Shown here: in pieces, positions 1 to 9,563 of the stretch
How positions within the stretch are numbered: position 1 is the first letter of the stretch
Layout of the letters: the number at the start of each line of letters is the position of its first letter
IMG/VR virus record: IMGVR_UViG_2868841959_000003
DNA length: 22,177 nt
Direction: 5' to 3' (one strand)
Origin: an uncultured virus (IMG/VR IMGVR_UViG_2868841959_000003)
Taxonomy: Duplodnaviria > Heunggongvirae > Uroviricota > Caudoviricetes
Position numbers and translations under genes: made by a program
Notes under the pieces: generated by a model
The model's database searches: none
What the model was told of the DNA's origin: nothing
Seen by the model: the letters and a program-made list of their open reading frames with translations, nothing else

Positions 1-60
1 CTTTGTGCGAAAGGCATTCTTTTCACTTAAAGCCAGTGATTTTAATGACGGTTTTTTCAT
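1..60 (-). CDS. Tail assembly chaperone, N-terminus only (runs off window edge)
   Basis: ATG at 60 reads MKKPSLKSLALSEKNAFRTK, 2 nt after the tail tube stop; position and sequence resemble HK97-type tail chaperones. Confidence 0.65.
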   Translation of the reverse strand, partial: MKKPSLKSLALSEKNAFRTK

Positions 61-62
61 GG

Positions 63-530
63 TTATTCGCTACCTTTATTTAAATTAACAGTCCCGTTTT
101 TAATCGGCTTAGATTTACCTTTTAAACGTAGGGTAAAGGAAGCGGAAACCACACCTGAAGTAGAAACACTCCAACTATTTTGACGCACTTCGGCTAAAAA
201 GGCATAGCCAATCCCCGAAGGGAACTCCACTTTAAATGCATGAACTTCATCATTTTCATACGCGGTACGTAATGTTTCTTGGCCTTCATCATCGGTGAAA
301 TTACCATTAATGGTGAGCTCTGCAGGTGCGGATAATCCATTGGTAACTTCTTGTTCCTCAGAACAGAGCGTGGTGACATCAATATCTGATTTCTGCCCAC
401 CGGTATAACTGATCTCTTTTGTTGAACAAGAAATCCCTAAAAATACCGCATCAGCTGGGTTAACTTCTGTTGCAGGTAATTTCGAGACACTGATTTTAGT
501 GCCTTGTGTTTTTTCATATTTACTAGACAT
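63..530 (-). CDS. Major tail (tube) protein
   Basis: MSSKYEKTQGT...DIDVTTLCS motifs typical of HK97-like tail tube proteins; AGGA SD spacing favours ATG 530 over 536. Confidence 0.85.
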   Translation of the reverse strand: MSSKYEKTQGTKISVSKLPATEVNPADAVFLGISCSTKEISYTGGQKSDIDVTTLCSEEQEVTNGLSAPAELTINGNFTDDEGQETLRTAYENDEVHAFKVEFPSGIGYAFLAEVRQNSWSVSTSGVVSASFTLRLKGKSKPIKNGTVNLNKGSE

Positions 531-549
531 GATCATTTCCTATTGGCAT

Positions 550-574
550 AAAAAAACCACCCGAAGGTGGCTTT
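550..574 (-). terminator. Intrinsic terminator inside late operon
   Basis: Minus strand GCCACC-TTCG-GGTGGT followed by T run. Confidence 0.7.
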
Positions 575-595
575 AGTGTGAATAATAAAGCGATG

Positions 596-931
596 CTATT
601 GCCAAACTTGGCACTCAAATGTTGCTCTAAACAATCCTGTATCTGGCTCGTAGCCTTGTTTTTCTGAAATTTCAACAGGGCTTAATTTTGTTAATGCATT
701 AGCAAATAACAAGCGAAGCGTTCTCGCCTCATCAATCGTATCGGCATAAACATCAACCTGAATATTTGTCATCGTTTCGGCTTGCCCCTTCAGTACATCG
801 CCTTTGACATCGTACAAAGAGAAGATACACCAAGGCGCTGTTATTGCAGGGCTTGATTGTGGAGCAACATACGGAAAAACTTTATCAGGTAATACGGGTG
901 ATAAAATTGCGTAGATATCCGCCTCTGTCAT
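596..931 (-). CDS. Tail terminator/completion protein (DUF3168-like)
   Basis: QVDVYA and YEPDTGLFR motifs; directly upstream of tail tube gene. Confidence 0.8.
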   Translation of the reverse strand: MTEADIYAILSPVLPDKVFPYVAPQSSPAITAPWCIFSLYDVKGDVLKGQAETMTNIQVDVYADTIDEARTLRLLFANALTKLSPVEISEKQGYEPDTGLFRATFECQVWQ

Positions 932-1368
932 TTTCCTAGCGCCTCATCAATCGCTCTATTTAATTCGCTAATGGCTAAATTGGCTGCCTTATCCGATTCA
1001 CGATCAAAAGTGGGACGTATAAAAGGTCTTGGCGCCATTTTAGAAGTGCCCTCTTCAAGAAAACGCCAATAAAAGGCATTGTTAGGATGATCACTTTTCA
1101 TAGAGGTATCGCTGTTTGTGCCTGATGCGTTACTCCCTCGAACATAAACGCCCGAAGAAACCTCACCTTTATTGCGCATTCTGTGATTACGGGTCACTAT
1201 ATTTCGTGCTAATTTTCCCGTCTTTCGTGGTGCGGACGTTCTGATTTCATCACGTAATAACCTTGCAGCCGCATTGGTTGCTTTTCGCATCGCTTGATGA
1301 CTTTCAGCTCGACTTAAAACATCTAACTCTCTTGATAAGTCGAGTAGATCGGAGAAATCCAAATTCAT
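928..1368 (-). CDS. HK97 gp10-family tail-component protein
   Basis: AP..TGKL and FYWRFLEEGTSKM..RPFIRP motifs. Confidence 0.9.
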   Translation of the reverse strand: MNLDFSDLLDLSRELDVLSRAESHQAMRKATNAAARLLRDEIRTSAPRKTGKLARNIVTRNHRMRNKGEVSSGVYVRGSNASGTNSDTSMKSDHPNNAFYWRFLEEGTSKMAPRPFIRPTFDRESDKAANLAISELNRAIDEALGK

Positions 1369-1688
1369 GATTGTTTAACTCCTTGTTTGCATAGCAATTC
1401 TAATCGAGTCAATATCTCATCAGGGATGACTGACTGAATATCATAAATTTGCTCACGCCAAACCATTCTGCAGGTACTGTTAATATCGGGTCGATAACGC
1501 ATCCACACTCTAACAGTAACCTCTGACATTTCAGCATTAGCGGATATCAGTTCACGACCAGAAAGATGTTTTACTTCGCACCGCACTGAAGCGATATCAA
1601 CCCACTCTTTTTTAAGTTGCCCTGAAGGTAATTTAATGGGTACGTTCTGTTGAAATATGACAGTTTGGCGCAATCTTCCTGCTTTCAT
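1365..1688 (-). CDS. Head closure / head-tail adaptor protein
   Basis: MKAGRLR start, RYRPDI motif, gene order. Confidence 0.88.
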   Translation of the reverse strand: MKAGRLRQTVIFQQNVPIKLPSGQLKKEWVDIASVRCEVKHLSGRELISANAEMSEVTVRVWMRYRPDINSTCRMVWREQIYDIQSVIPDEILTRLELLCKQGVKQS

Positions 1689-1993
1689 GATTGCCCTCGC
1701 ATAGGTCTGATACGATATTCACGCAATGCATTACATAGCGACTCGGGGAGTGATTGACCTTCACGATTCTCATACCAAAAACCGACCATTTGCATGAGCC
1801 TTATTTTTATATCTTCGGAAAGAAGTAAGCCATAATGATCATTTTCAGGTATTTCATCATCATACAATTTTCGGTTTGTTAATCTTTCCACTTCGGCTAT
1901 CGCTGACGATAGATTTTGTTGAAGCAAATCATCATCCTGATCACCATCGATATAACATTGGCGTTTCAATTCATCGATAGTTGGAAATGCCAT
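1685..1993 (-). CDS. Head-tail connector (HK97 gp6-like)
   Basis: ELKRQCYID..DDDLL and WYENRE motifs; follows capsid gene. Confidence 0.88.
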   Translation of the reverse strand: MAFPTIDELKRQCYIDGDQDDDLLQQNLSSAIAEVERLTNRKLYDDEIPENDHYGLLLSEDIKIRLMQMVGFWYENREGQSLPESLCNALREYRIRPMRGQS

Positions 1994-2036
1994 GAAACCT
2001 CCAATAAATCCTGCGACCTATCTCGATCGCAGGCAT

Positions 2037-2058
2037 AAAAAAACCGCAATTAAGCGGT
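2037..2058 (-). terminator. Intrinsic terminator after capsid gene
   Basis: ACCGC-TTAATT-GCGGT plus T run on minus strand; a second hairpin CCTGCGA/TCGCAGG lies at 2010-2033. Confidence 0.7.
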
Positions 2059-2088
2059 ATATATGAAGCTGAGATACATAAACTCAGA

Positions 2089-3297
2089 TTATTTAGTGGC
2101 TCCCGCTTTCAGTAACTTCACAGCATTACTGTCAACCAACATAGAGCCAACACGTTTCGTCGTATAGAAATGTACAAACGGTTTGTTGGTGTATGGGTCA
2201 CGTAACATACGAACACCAATACGATCAAGAATCGTGTAACAGCGGTTAAAATTACCAAAAGCAATCGGCACAGCGTCAGCAGAGACATCAGCAAATTGCT
2301 CATTTTCTGCAATGCCATACCCTAATAATGCAGAAGGTTGCCCTAATTGCAGACCGGGTTGCCACAAATAATTACCTTGAGCATCTTTCAGTGTGCGAAC
2401 TTGAAATAATGTATTGTTATTCATCATAAATTTAGCACCTGTACGATAAACCTTTCGCATGGTGTAAATCAATTTCATGACTTCATCCGCAGTGATTTCT
2501 GTCGGTTTTTTCAATAACAAATGCTGTAACTTACCCCACTCACGCTCTTTATCGCCTTTATCGTCACTGCCGTATGCCAACAGACCTTTAGGCTTTTTAA
2601 TACCGTCACCGTGGGTAAATACCGCTTCTTCCTGCTCCGCAAATTCTGTGGCTAACTCACTGGTGATGAATTGCTCAACATTAAAAAAGGCATCATCAAG
2701 CATAGTTTGAGTAGCAGCAGGGTTGCCGTAAATTTCTCCCCATACAGGCTCAATAGAGGCGAGTTTTGATGTGTTGGTTTCAGGGCGTTTGTCCACTTCC
2801 CCAACCCAACCACTATTTGTGCCACCTTGATTAATAAGGCGTTTAAACTTTTCTGTGCCAACCGTAATCACATTACACTCTTGGCGCATAACCACTTCAT
2901 CACGCAATGCCGTAATGATATTACGATCCAATTCTTCGGGTACAGCATAACCGCCGTCAGGATCTGAACCGACCTGCATTGCTTTACGTTCTAATTCCGC
3001 AAGCCCATCATCGGTACCTTTACGCACAAATAATTCAAACGCAGTTTTATGCTCAGAGGCATCTTTATTCGTCACGTTGCCATCTGGACGTTTTACCGAA
3101 GCAAGTTCCGCTTCTAAATTGCTTTTTAATTCATCCAGCTCTGATAATTTGCTATTTAAGGTATCAACCGTTTCTGATAACTTACTTTTTTCAGCTTCAA
3201 TCGCATTGATGCGTTTATCATTCGACTTTTTAAATTCGTCAAACTGACCTTTTAATTCCTGCGCAACTTCACTGACGTCTTTATGATCAATAGCCAT
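2089..3297 (-). CDS. Major capsid protein, HK97 fold
   Basis: N-terminal coiled-coil delta domain, DGGYAVP, GDG..KPKG, LKDAQGNYLWQPG and LLGY motifs. Confidence 0.96.
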   Translation of the reverse strand: MAIDHKDVSEVAQELKGQFDEFKKSNDKRINAIEAEKSKLSETVDTLNSKLSELDELKSNLEAELASVKRPDGNVTNKDASEHKTAFELFVRKGTDDGLAELERKAMQVGSDPDGGYAVPEELDRNIITALRDEVVMRQECNVITVGTEKFKRLINQGGTNSGWVGEVDKRPETNTSKLASIEPVWGEIYGNPAATQTMLDDAFFNVEQFITSELATEFAEQEEAVFTHGDGIKKPKGLLAYGSDDKGDKEREWGKLQHLLLKKPTEITADEVMKLIYTMRKVYRTGAKFMMNNNTLFQVRTLKDAQGNYLWQPGLQLGQPSALLGYGIAENEQFADVSADAVPIAFGNFNRCYTILDRIGVRMLRDPYTNKPFVHFYTTKRVGSMLVDSNAVKLLKAGATK

Positions 3298-3310
3298 AAT
3301 TTTTCCTTTA

Positions 3311-3961
3311 TTATTTAAAAATAGATTTCAATGTTTCTAATGCTTCTTGCTCAACATCACGCAGAGAAAGTGCATCGTAGCCTTTGGCCATAAAAGCCTT
3401 GGCTTGTGTTCGCGAAAGCCCAACATCGCGCAGGACTCGCTCAATACTTTTTTGTGTGGGTAATTCACCACGAGCAAATGCTGACTTCACATCACTGACT
3501 CGCGCTTCATCATTGGAAGGAAATGTCACTAAGCTGACTTCCCATAGGTCGATTTCTTTCAGTAGAAAGGCATCTTTACTGCGGTCATATTCATAATCTT
3601 TAAGAATGTAACCAATAGAAAGGCCGGAGAGTGATCCGGCCTTCATATGAGCATGTGCACGTTTAGATAACGGGTCGTCATCAATTAACAGACGACCTTT
3701 TACATAGAGTCCGGTGCTGTCTTCTCGCATCTCGGTATAAATACCAATAGGCTCAGCCATTTGGTGTTGCCAAAGTAAGGCGGGTAATGAACCTTTTTCT
3801 TTCCACTGACTCAGGGAATTAAGAAAAGCCCCCGGCATCACAATATCGGCATAACTGTCTTTTACCCCGAAAACGGAGCCGTAGCCTTCAAACTCGCCAG
3901 AGTCACTAACAGACTTAATTTTCAATGGCACATCAAGCCGTTGTTTGGTCGTCATCGGCAT
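3311..3961 (-). CDS. HK97-family prohead protease
   Basis: FEGYGSVF, LWQH, GLSIGY, EVSLVTFPSN motifs. Confidence 0.95.
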   Translation of the reverse strand: MPMTTKQRLDVPLKIKSVSDSGEFEGYGSVFGVKDSYADIVMPGAFLNSLSQWKEKGSLPALLWQHQMAEPIGIYTEMREDSTGLYVKGRLLIDDDPLSKRAHAHMKAGSLSGLSIGYILKDYEYDRSKDAFLLKEIDLWEVSLVTFPSNDEARVSDVKSAFARGELPTQKSIERVLRDVGLSRTQAKAFMAKGYDALSLRDVEQEALETLKSIFK

Positions 3962-5162
3962 GCGCTTTCTCCTCTTGTTTTTGGGTTTCTGGTTTAGTGG
4001 TCATGTTCATCGGTGTGAGATAAATATCACCACCCTCACGAGGATTTAACTCTTCGAGTTCACGACATTCATTAGGCGAATAAATCCCCCAGTTAATGCC
4101 TGTTGAGTAGGCTTCAAATCGCGATTTCATATCACCACGTAATAAAGCGCCAGTATTAAATTTGGCATAAAAAGTCCCTTGCTTACTGGCTTTTACTAGC
4201 CCTGCATTAATACGTTGCTCTATACGAATAAGGTAGGGAACAAGTGAGTAGTTAATAAAACCAATACCCAAGTTTTCAATGTTATTGAATGTGGCGCGAT
4301 CGGTGTTTTGCACCATGTGAAGGGGAACACGAAAAATACGGCAAATTTCCTCTAACTGAAACTTTCGTGTTTCAAGAAATTGCGCATCTTCAGCCGATAA
4401 ACTGATTTGTTGCCACTTCAACCCCATTTCTAAAATCATCGGTTTGTGTGCATTGGCTAACCCTTGGTGCCGTTCACCGAAGTCAGATTTCAGTCTTTCG
4501 TAAGCATCATCTTTTAGATATTGATCCGTTTGTAATACACCACTTGTCACCGCACCGTTTCCAAATAAACGCGAACCATGCTCTTCGGTGGCTAATCCTA
4601 AACCAATGGCTTGACGTGCATAGGCGATTGGACTTAATCCCACTAAACCATCAAGAGTAAAAATCCGCACATGCCAGATTTCTTGCTGTGTCAGTGTTTC
4701 ACTTTTACCATTTGGAAATGTCACCTGATACTCAGGCTCCCATTGGCTATTTAATTTTGGCGTGACACAACTAGGATCGAGAGGTAGTAATTCAACCACT
4801 TCGCCTAAGGCGTACACCTTATAAGCATAAAAATTCCCCCTTAAACACAAACAGGCAATTAATAGTTCCCAAAGCTCTTGTGGTGTCATGTAATTATTGG
4901 GCTTAACCGCCAGTAATTTGTGTAACCGTTCTTTGGTGGCGCGTTTATTTCCTCTTTCTAATTGTTCATATAAAGAGCATGGCAACATCCCTACCGATTC
5001 TGCAAGAACACGAATACAACTAAATACAGAAGTCAGTTGCATAGCGAGTTGTGTACTCACTCTTCGACCAGAATAAGTGTCATAAGACAATCCAATTAAC
5101 TCACTCAGTTCTGATGAGGTCATCTCTTTCTGAGATTTCTGAAATAACCCAGGGAAAAACAT
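3933..5162 (-). CDS. Portal protein (HK97 family)
   Basis: GLSPI, DAQFLETRKFQLEEICRIFRVP, PNECR motifs. Confidence 0.96.
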   Translation of the reverse strand: MFFPGLFQKSQKEMTSSELSELIGLSYDTYSGRRVSTQLAMQLTSVFSCIRVLAESVGMLPCSLYEQLERGNKRATKERLHKLLAVKPNNYMTPQELWELLIACLCLRGNFYAYKVYALGEVVELLPLDPSCVTPKLNSQWEPEYQVTFPNGKSETLTQQEIWHVRIFTLDGLVGLSPIAYARQAIGLGLATEEHGSRLFGNGAVTSGVLQTDQYLKDDAYERLKSDFGERHQGLANAHKPMILEMGLKWQQISLSAEDAQFLETRKFQLEEICRIFRVPLHMVQNTDRATFNNIENLGIGFINYSLVPYLIRIEQRINAGLVKASKQGTFYAKFNTGALLRGDMKSRFEAYSTGINWGIYSPNECRELEELNPREGGDIYLTPMNMTTKPETQKQEEKAHADDDQTTA

Positions 5163-5341
5163 TATTCCTCCTTGTTATTTCTAGGTTGTCCAAGCGCTCT
5201 TGAAACAAGGTATGACCATAAAAGGCACAATAAACCCGCGCAAATATAGCCCATCGGTAGGTAGATTAACCAAGCGCCCCATGACAACAAAAAGGCACCC
5301 GCAATCCCAACCAATAAGGCTGTTATTGTTAAAAATTTCAT
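5162..5341 (-). CDS. Small two-TM membrane protein between terminase and portal (YmfR-like)
   Basis: Manually translated 59 aa MKFLTITALLVGIAGAFLLSWGAWLIYLPMGYICAGLLCLLWSYLVSRALGQPRNNKEE; AAGGA SD; stop overlaps portal ATG. Confidence 0.8.
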   Translation of the reverse strand: MKFLTITALLVGIAGAFLLSWGAWLIYLPMGYICAGLLCLLWSYLVSRALGQPRNNKEE

Positions 5342-5350
5342 TAAATTTCC

Positions 5351-7084
5351 TTAGAGAGAGCGTAAGCCTCGAGAAGCGAGGACATCAGAGAGGTTTTGTT
5401 CCTGATCTCCACCATTCACCAATAATCGACTCATACCCGTAAATAGTGCAACAGGGCCGTCTATTTTGGCTTCAGGGGTTGATTTATTAGGGAAAATATT
5501 GTCGTTTTTATCCGGTTTAACCGTGACGTTCGACATCATCCAGTTCATAACTGGGTGTTGGCCATGATGAAACTTACCCGCATAAACCAGTGCTTCAATC
5601 TCTTTCATGGATTCAGAAAAATTACGCACCGTTTGAGCTACTTCTACAAGGGGTAGCCCTTCTTCAGCCAGTGATAAACTAAATTGTGTCGCACTCCACG
5701 GGTCAAAACCCAGTTCGTTTAAGTTCTCACCCGTCACCCATTCGATGATTTCTTCTTTAATTTGAGCATGATCGACAACTTCACCATCGGTTAATGTGAG
5801 ATGCCCCATATCAGCCCATTTGCGATAGAGTTCTGCCATTTGTTTAGAGCAACGCTCAAGCCGGTCTTCGGGTAACCAAAACTTAAAATCAGCATGAACA
5901 TGACCGTTATCGGGCTGTTTCCATACTTTAGCTGCCGCACAAATATCAATTTTATTAGCAAGGTCAACACCGACCCATAACGGATAAGTTTGTAATTCCT
6001 GTTGTGATGCGAGTTCAGGAGCACTATCCCACTTCATCATATCCATCCATGAAGATTCAGCCGTGACCCAAATATTCATGTGTTTGGTGAAGAAGTTAAT
6101 CCGTGCCGAAACCTGCTCTTTGGCTTTCTTGGCTAAACGGCGTAAATCATCCCAGCGCTTACAAACACCGAGACCCGGATTCGCTTTTTGCCACACGGTT
6201 TCATTAAAGGGATCATCGTCCTTATCTAAGGTATAAATAATCGCGAAAAACGAATCATCATCCACTTGGCCACGAAGCACTTTAATACCGTAATCCCGTA
6301 GTTCGTAACAAATCCCCTCTTTATTAAAACCCGCCGTAGTGATCCCAAAAAGAAGAGACTGCAGACGCGCACCGGTGGCGGTTTCTAATACGTCCCATAC
6401 ATCACGAGTTTTGTGTGCATGTAATTCATCAACAATGCCACAATGAATGTTCAAACCATCAAGATTATTGGCATCACTGGAAAGCGGTTCAAACTTAGAG
6501 GCGGTTCTTTCTTGATAGATAGCGAGTTTATTAAATTCAAATAAACGACCTAGTGTCGCTTTGGACTTCTTCAGCATATTCTTCGCATCTTCAAACACGA
6601 TACGAGCCTGATCACGCGTTGTAGCTGCTGAATAAACTTCGGCACCACCTTCACCATCAGCACCGGTCATATAAAGCCCAATACCTGATGACAATGTGGA
6701 TTTTGCGTTTTTACGTGCAACTTCGTTATAAGCTGTGCGAAAACGACGAACAAAGACAATATCACCGTCTTCATCCACAACTTCTTTACCCGTTTGTTCA
6801 TCAATTAACGGAATAACAAAGCCAAAAATATTAATTAAGATAAAAACATGCCAAGGCATTAAATCAATGGGCTTACCGGCTAATGCTCCTTTGACATGAG
6901 GAATAAAACTATAAAAATCGAGTATGTGCTGTGCGCGATCTTCAATGAAATAGATGCCACGCTCAGGCCCATGCTCTAAATCATTCAAAAACCGTTGGCA
7001 CGCTAAACGTACCAGTTCGCACGCAACAATTTCTCCAGCAACCACCTGTTCGGCGTACTGAATTCCATCTGCTACGATTGCCAT
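5351..7084 (-). CDS. Terminase large subunit
   Basis: Walker A variant VARKNAKST, Walker B IVDELH, ITTAG, GVDL and KIDG nuclease motifs. Confidence 0.97.
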   Translation of the reverse strand: MAIVADGIQYAEQVVAGEIVACELVRLACQRFLNDLEHGPERGIYFIEDRAQHILDFYSFIPHVKGALAGKPIDLMPWHVFILINIFGFVIPLIDEQTGKEVVDEDGDIVFVRRFRTAYNEVARKNAKSTLSSGIGLYMTGADGEGGAEVYSAATTRDQARIVFEDAKNMLKKSKATLGRLFEFNKLAIYQERTASKFEPLSSDANNLDGLNIHCGIVDELHAHKTRDVWDVLETATGARLQSLLFGITTAGFNKEGICYELRDYGIKVLRGQVDDDSFFAIIYTLDKDDDPFNETVWQKANPGLGVCKRWDDLRRLAKKAKEQVSARINFFTKHMNIWVTAESSWMDMMKWDSAPELASQQELQTYPLWVGVDLANKIDICAAAKVWKQPDNGHVHADFKFWLPEDRLERCSKQMAELYRKWADMGHLTLTDGEVVDHAQIKEEIIEWVTGENLNELGFDPWSATQFSLSLAEEGLPLVEVAQTVRNFSESMKEIEALVYAGKFHHGQHPVMNWMMSNVTVKPDKNDNIFPNKSTPEAKIDGPVALFTGMSRLLVNGGDQEQNLSDVLASRGLRSL

Positions 7085-7087
7085 TCA

Positions 7088-7558
7088 TCATTTGCGCTTT
7101 TTCAAAAATGCCTCAAAAGGATCTTCTTCGGCGGGAGTGTTCATCGTGACTTTTGCTCGAGAAGCGGGAGTCATACCAAATTCACTTAACATGGCGCGAA
7201 TACGTTTCCATGCATCGGCCTTCATTGCAGCGGATGGATGCGCCTTTATCATCAATCCACTTTCTGTATTGTTTTTGTAGGTATAGCCTTCTTCATCGAG
7301 AACATCACAATGATGTCGATATTCAGTGTAAGCTTCGACGAGTAACTCCAATGCCTTAGCATCCATCTGACTCATGACACCCATTGCATCAAGTTCTTCA
7401 GCAATACGCTTAAACCAATACTTACCTTGCTTAGTGAAATGCTTCGGAGTTGGGGGTACCCCTTTTGGCGGTTTTGGCTCTTTTTTATTAATCGGTCGTT
7501 TTGATGGGTTCCCCCTCACCAATTGCAGATGTGACGGGGTTTTAGGCGGTCCAGCCAT
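7088..7558 (-). CDS. Terminase small subunit (P27 family)
   Basis: GNPSKRP and EFGMTPASR motifs. Confidence 0.93.
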   Translation of the reverse strand: MAGPPKTPSHLQLVRGNPSKRPINKKEPKPPKGVPPTPKHFTKQGKYWFKRIAEELDAMGVMSQMDAKALELLVEAYTEYRHHCDVLDEEGYTYKNNTESGLMIKAHPSAAMKADAWKRIRAMLSEFGMTPASRAKVTMNTPAEEDPFEAFLKKRK

Positions 7559-7594
7559 AATAGAAATCTCCTATCAATAATCGCTTGGGGTTCC

Positions 7595-7690
7595 CCAAAA
7601 AAAGTTTTCTAACCTGCGGTGATGTGAAAAGAGGTAAGGGGGCGGTCCTATAAGGCGAAAGTGGTAGAGATTTGACCCTCCCCTCCTACC
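7595..7690 (-). other. Probable cos (cohesive end) region
   Basis: Non-coding GC-rich tract GGGGAGGGTCAAATC...GGACCGCCCCC between HNH and terS, the usual cos position in HK97/P27-like phages; exact cut site not determined. Confidence 0.6.
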
Positions 7691-7770
7691 TACACGCTAT
7701 AGTTTCAATATGAAATCAAATATTTTATATCTTTATATATTAGATATATATCAATGACTTATAGTTTAAT

Positions 7771-8118
7771 TTAAATTCTTTCTTTTGCTGTCTTGGTTCT
7801 GTGACATGGAATACATAATGACTGCAGGTTAGTGTCTGCATCAGTCCCCCCATGCGCTTTAGCAATGATATGGTCGACTGTTTTCGCTTCAGTTGCTCGT
7901 CCGGCTCTTAAGCATTCTTGGCACAGATACCTATCACGCTTGAGTATACGTGCTCGTAACTTATCCCATTGGGCACCATAACCACGTTGATGACGAGACT
8001 TACCGCGCTGGTGGGTTTCCCATCCTAAGTTCTGATGATCTTCACAGTAACCGTTACGTTTTGTTGTTGTCTTGGCGCATCCCTGTTTACGACACGCGCG
8101 AGGTATACGAGGTGGCAT
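7771..8118 (-). CDS. Packaging-associated HNH endonuclease (HK97 gp74-like)
   Basis: RGYG..W..LR, CQEC, VDHII, NLQSLC..CH..KT motifs; adjacent to terS. Confidence 0.93.
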   Translation of the reverse strand: MPPRIPRACRKQGCAKTTTKRNGYCEDHQNLGWETHQRGKSRHQRGYGAQWDKLRARILKRDRYLCQECLRAGRATEAKTVDHIIAKAHGGTDADTNLQSLCIPCHRTKTAKERI

Positions 8119-8183
8119 GTGATACCCTATAACCTAAAGAGGATAATAATCCTCATTGATTTTAAAGGTGAGATTTCTCACCT

Positions 8184-8609
8184 TTACTTCTGACTACACC
8201 ACGTTCTGTTATTTAAATCACTTATGGCTTGCGAAAATGCTTGATGCCGAGTTTCCATTACTCTTTTTAACTCATTGATAGCAACATCTTGTCGATTAGC
8301 TTACATGCGTAAATCTGCCATTTAAGCCTTGATGTCTGGTTCTAACTTACCGCCAGTAATTACACCGCTTAATACGGCATCACTTGATGCACAGCACTTT
8401 AGCTTTCCCGCATCAATAACAGCATCTTTCATAAAACAATTACCTAAACCTGCAATAAAGAAATCATTGCTTTGCTCAGGTTTAACACTGACCTTGATAC
8501 CTACATCTTGCATTGGTTGCTTAATGCGGATTAGTTGTTCTTCTAACTTATCTAGGTTTGCTGTATCTACCGTTACTTTTAATTTATCTGACACAGTGCT
8601 CTCCAACAA
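8184..8609 (-). pseudogene. Hypothetical phage gene interrupted by two in-frame TAA codons
   Basis: ORF 8322-8609 continues in frame: ...DIKA*MADLRM*ANRQDVAINELKRVMETRHQAFSQAISDLNNRTWCSQK*; internal stops at 8322-8324 and 8301-8303. Confidence 0.55.
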
Positions 8610-8736
8610 AAAAGGCAGTACAATGACCCCTGATCAAATATCAGGGTATAAATAAATATCCATTAGATTATTTGAAGTATTCAGCCCTGAGAAACTTACT
8701 AAAGAAATGGCTGGTTTACTTCGCTATGAGGTTTGC

Positions 8737-8958
8737 ATGAAACTAGAATTTAACAGTGTCAAAGTATTTTCTGAATTAATATCAGATCCCAATACATCTA
8801 ATGTAAGGGTATCTCTCTACGGAATTAACAAAGATAATGGTGCAGAGGAGTTCACCATACATCTTTACGTTGATGACGTGAAAAATAAAACTATCAAAGA
8901 AATACATGAACAAGCTGAAGCTGAACTACTTGCAAGAATAGACTCATACGGAAAGTAA
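8737..8958 (+). CDS. Small acidic hypothetical protein (73 aa), antisense to late operon
   Basis: GAGGT SD before ATG 8737; protein-like composition. Confidence 0.65.
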   Translation: MKLEFNSVKVFSELISDPNTSNVRVSLYGINKDNGAEEFTIHLYVDDVKNKTIKEIHEQAEAELLARIDSYGK

Positions 8959-9156
8959 CCGCTTTGGTTCTCCATTTGTTGCCTGTTGGTTGATGATATT
9001 ATCCATTTCTTGTGAAAGCGCTTTTTTAATAATGTTTGATTCACAGTTCGTTGATTCCATATCATCGAGCTGTTTTTGTAAGTCTGTAATTTGTTGTCCT
9101 TGTCGTTCTACTTGTACTTATAGTGCACGAATTTCTATTCTTTGTTGAATATTCAC
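8944..9156 (-). pseudogene. Coiled-coil hypothetical gene with one in-frame TAA
   Basis: GTG start with AGGT SD: MNIQQRIEIRAL*VQVERQGQQITDLQKQLDDME...; stop at 9118-9120. Confidence 0.55.
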
Positions 9157-9170
9157 AACTACCTATCATT

Positions 9171-9200
9171 AAAAAAGCCACCAGCTATTAACTGATGGCT
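9171..9200 (-). terminator. Intrinsic terminator
   Basis: AGCCATCAG/CTGGTGGCT stem plus T run on minus strand. Confidence 0.65.
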
Positions 9201-9248
9201 ATGAAACTTTACAAATATAAAGTGGCTATTATTTAAACAACAGTGTAC
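9179..9248 (+). repeat. 70-bp imperfect direct repeat, copy 1
   Basis: 63/70 identity by hand alignment to 10097-10166. Confidence 0.9.
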
Positions 9249-9312
9249 TGTCGTTTAACTCATTGTGTTTCGCTTGAACTATAAAAATTGATAATTTTTT
9301 AATGTAATAGTT

Positions 9313-9337
9313 GCTCATCTCTGATGAGCTATTTTTT
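9313..9337 (+). terminator. Intrinsic terminator-like hairpin
   Basis: GCTCATC-TCT-GATGAGC followed by TATTTTTT. Confidence 0.5.
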
Positions 9338-9563
9338 AAATTATAAAAATAACCCGATTACTCAGTGACAATAAAAGTCATGAATAATTATATTTTTAAC
9401 AGTTTATAGTTAGTTTCCCTATTTTAATCTGCTCACTCCTATTCGGGTGATTACCAACCTTACATATACCTTTCTTATAGTGGCGATTATTTAATATTAA
9501 AACTATCTACCCACTTATAATTATATTTTTTGCACAAAACAAATTAACTATAGGAGTAACATT

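Noticed and set aside
6695..6725. Terminase Walker A reading KNAKST instead of GKS/T as an inactivating change
   Set aside because: This variant is common in this terminase family and the rest of the gene is intact
2118..8132. Short alternative-frame and antisense ORFs inside head and terminase genes
   Set aside because: Shadow ORFs of conserved genes without SD or recognisable motifs
8865..9065. 66-aa minus-strand ORF in the track
   Set aside because: Off-frame relative to the better supported TAA-interrupted coiled-coil gene and overlaps the plus-strand gene extensively
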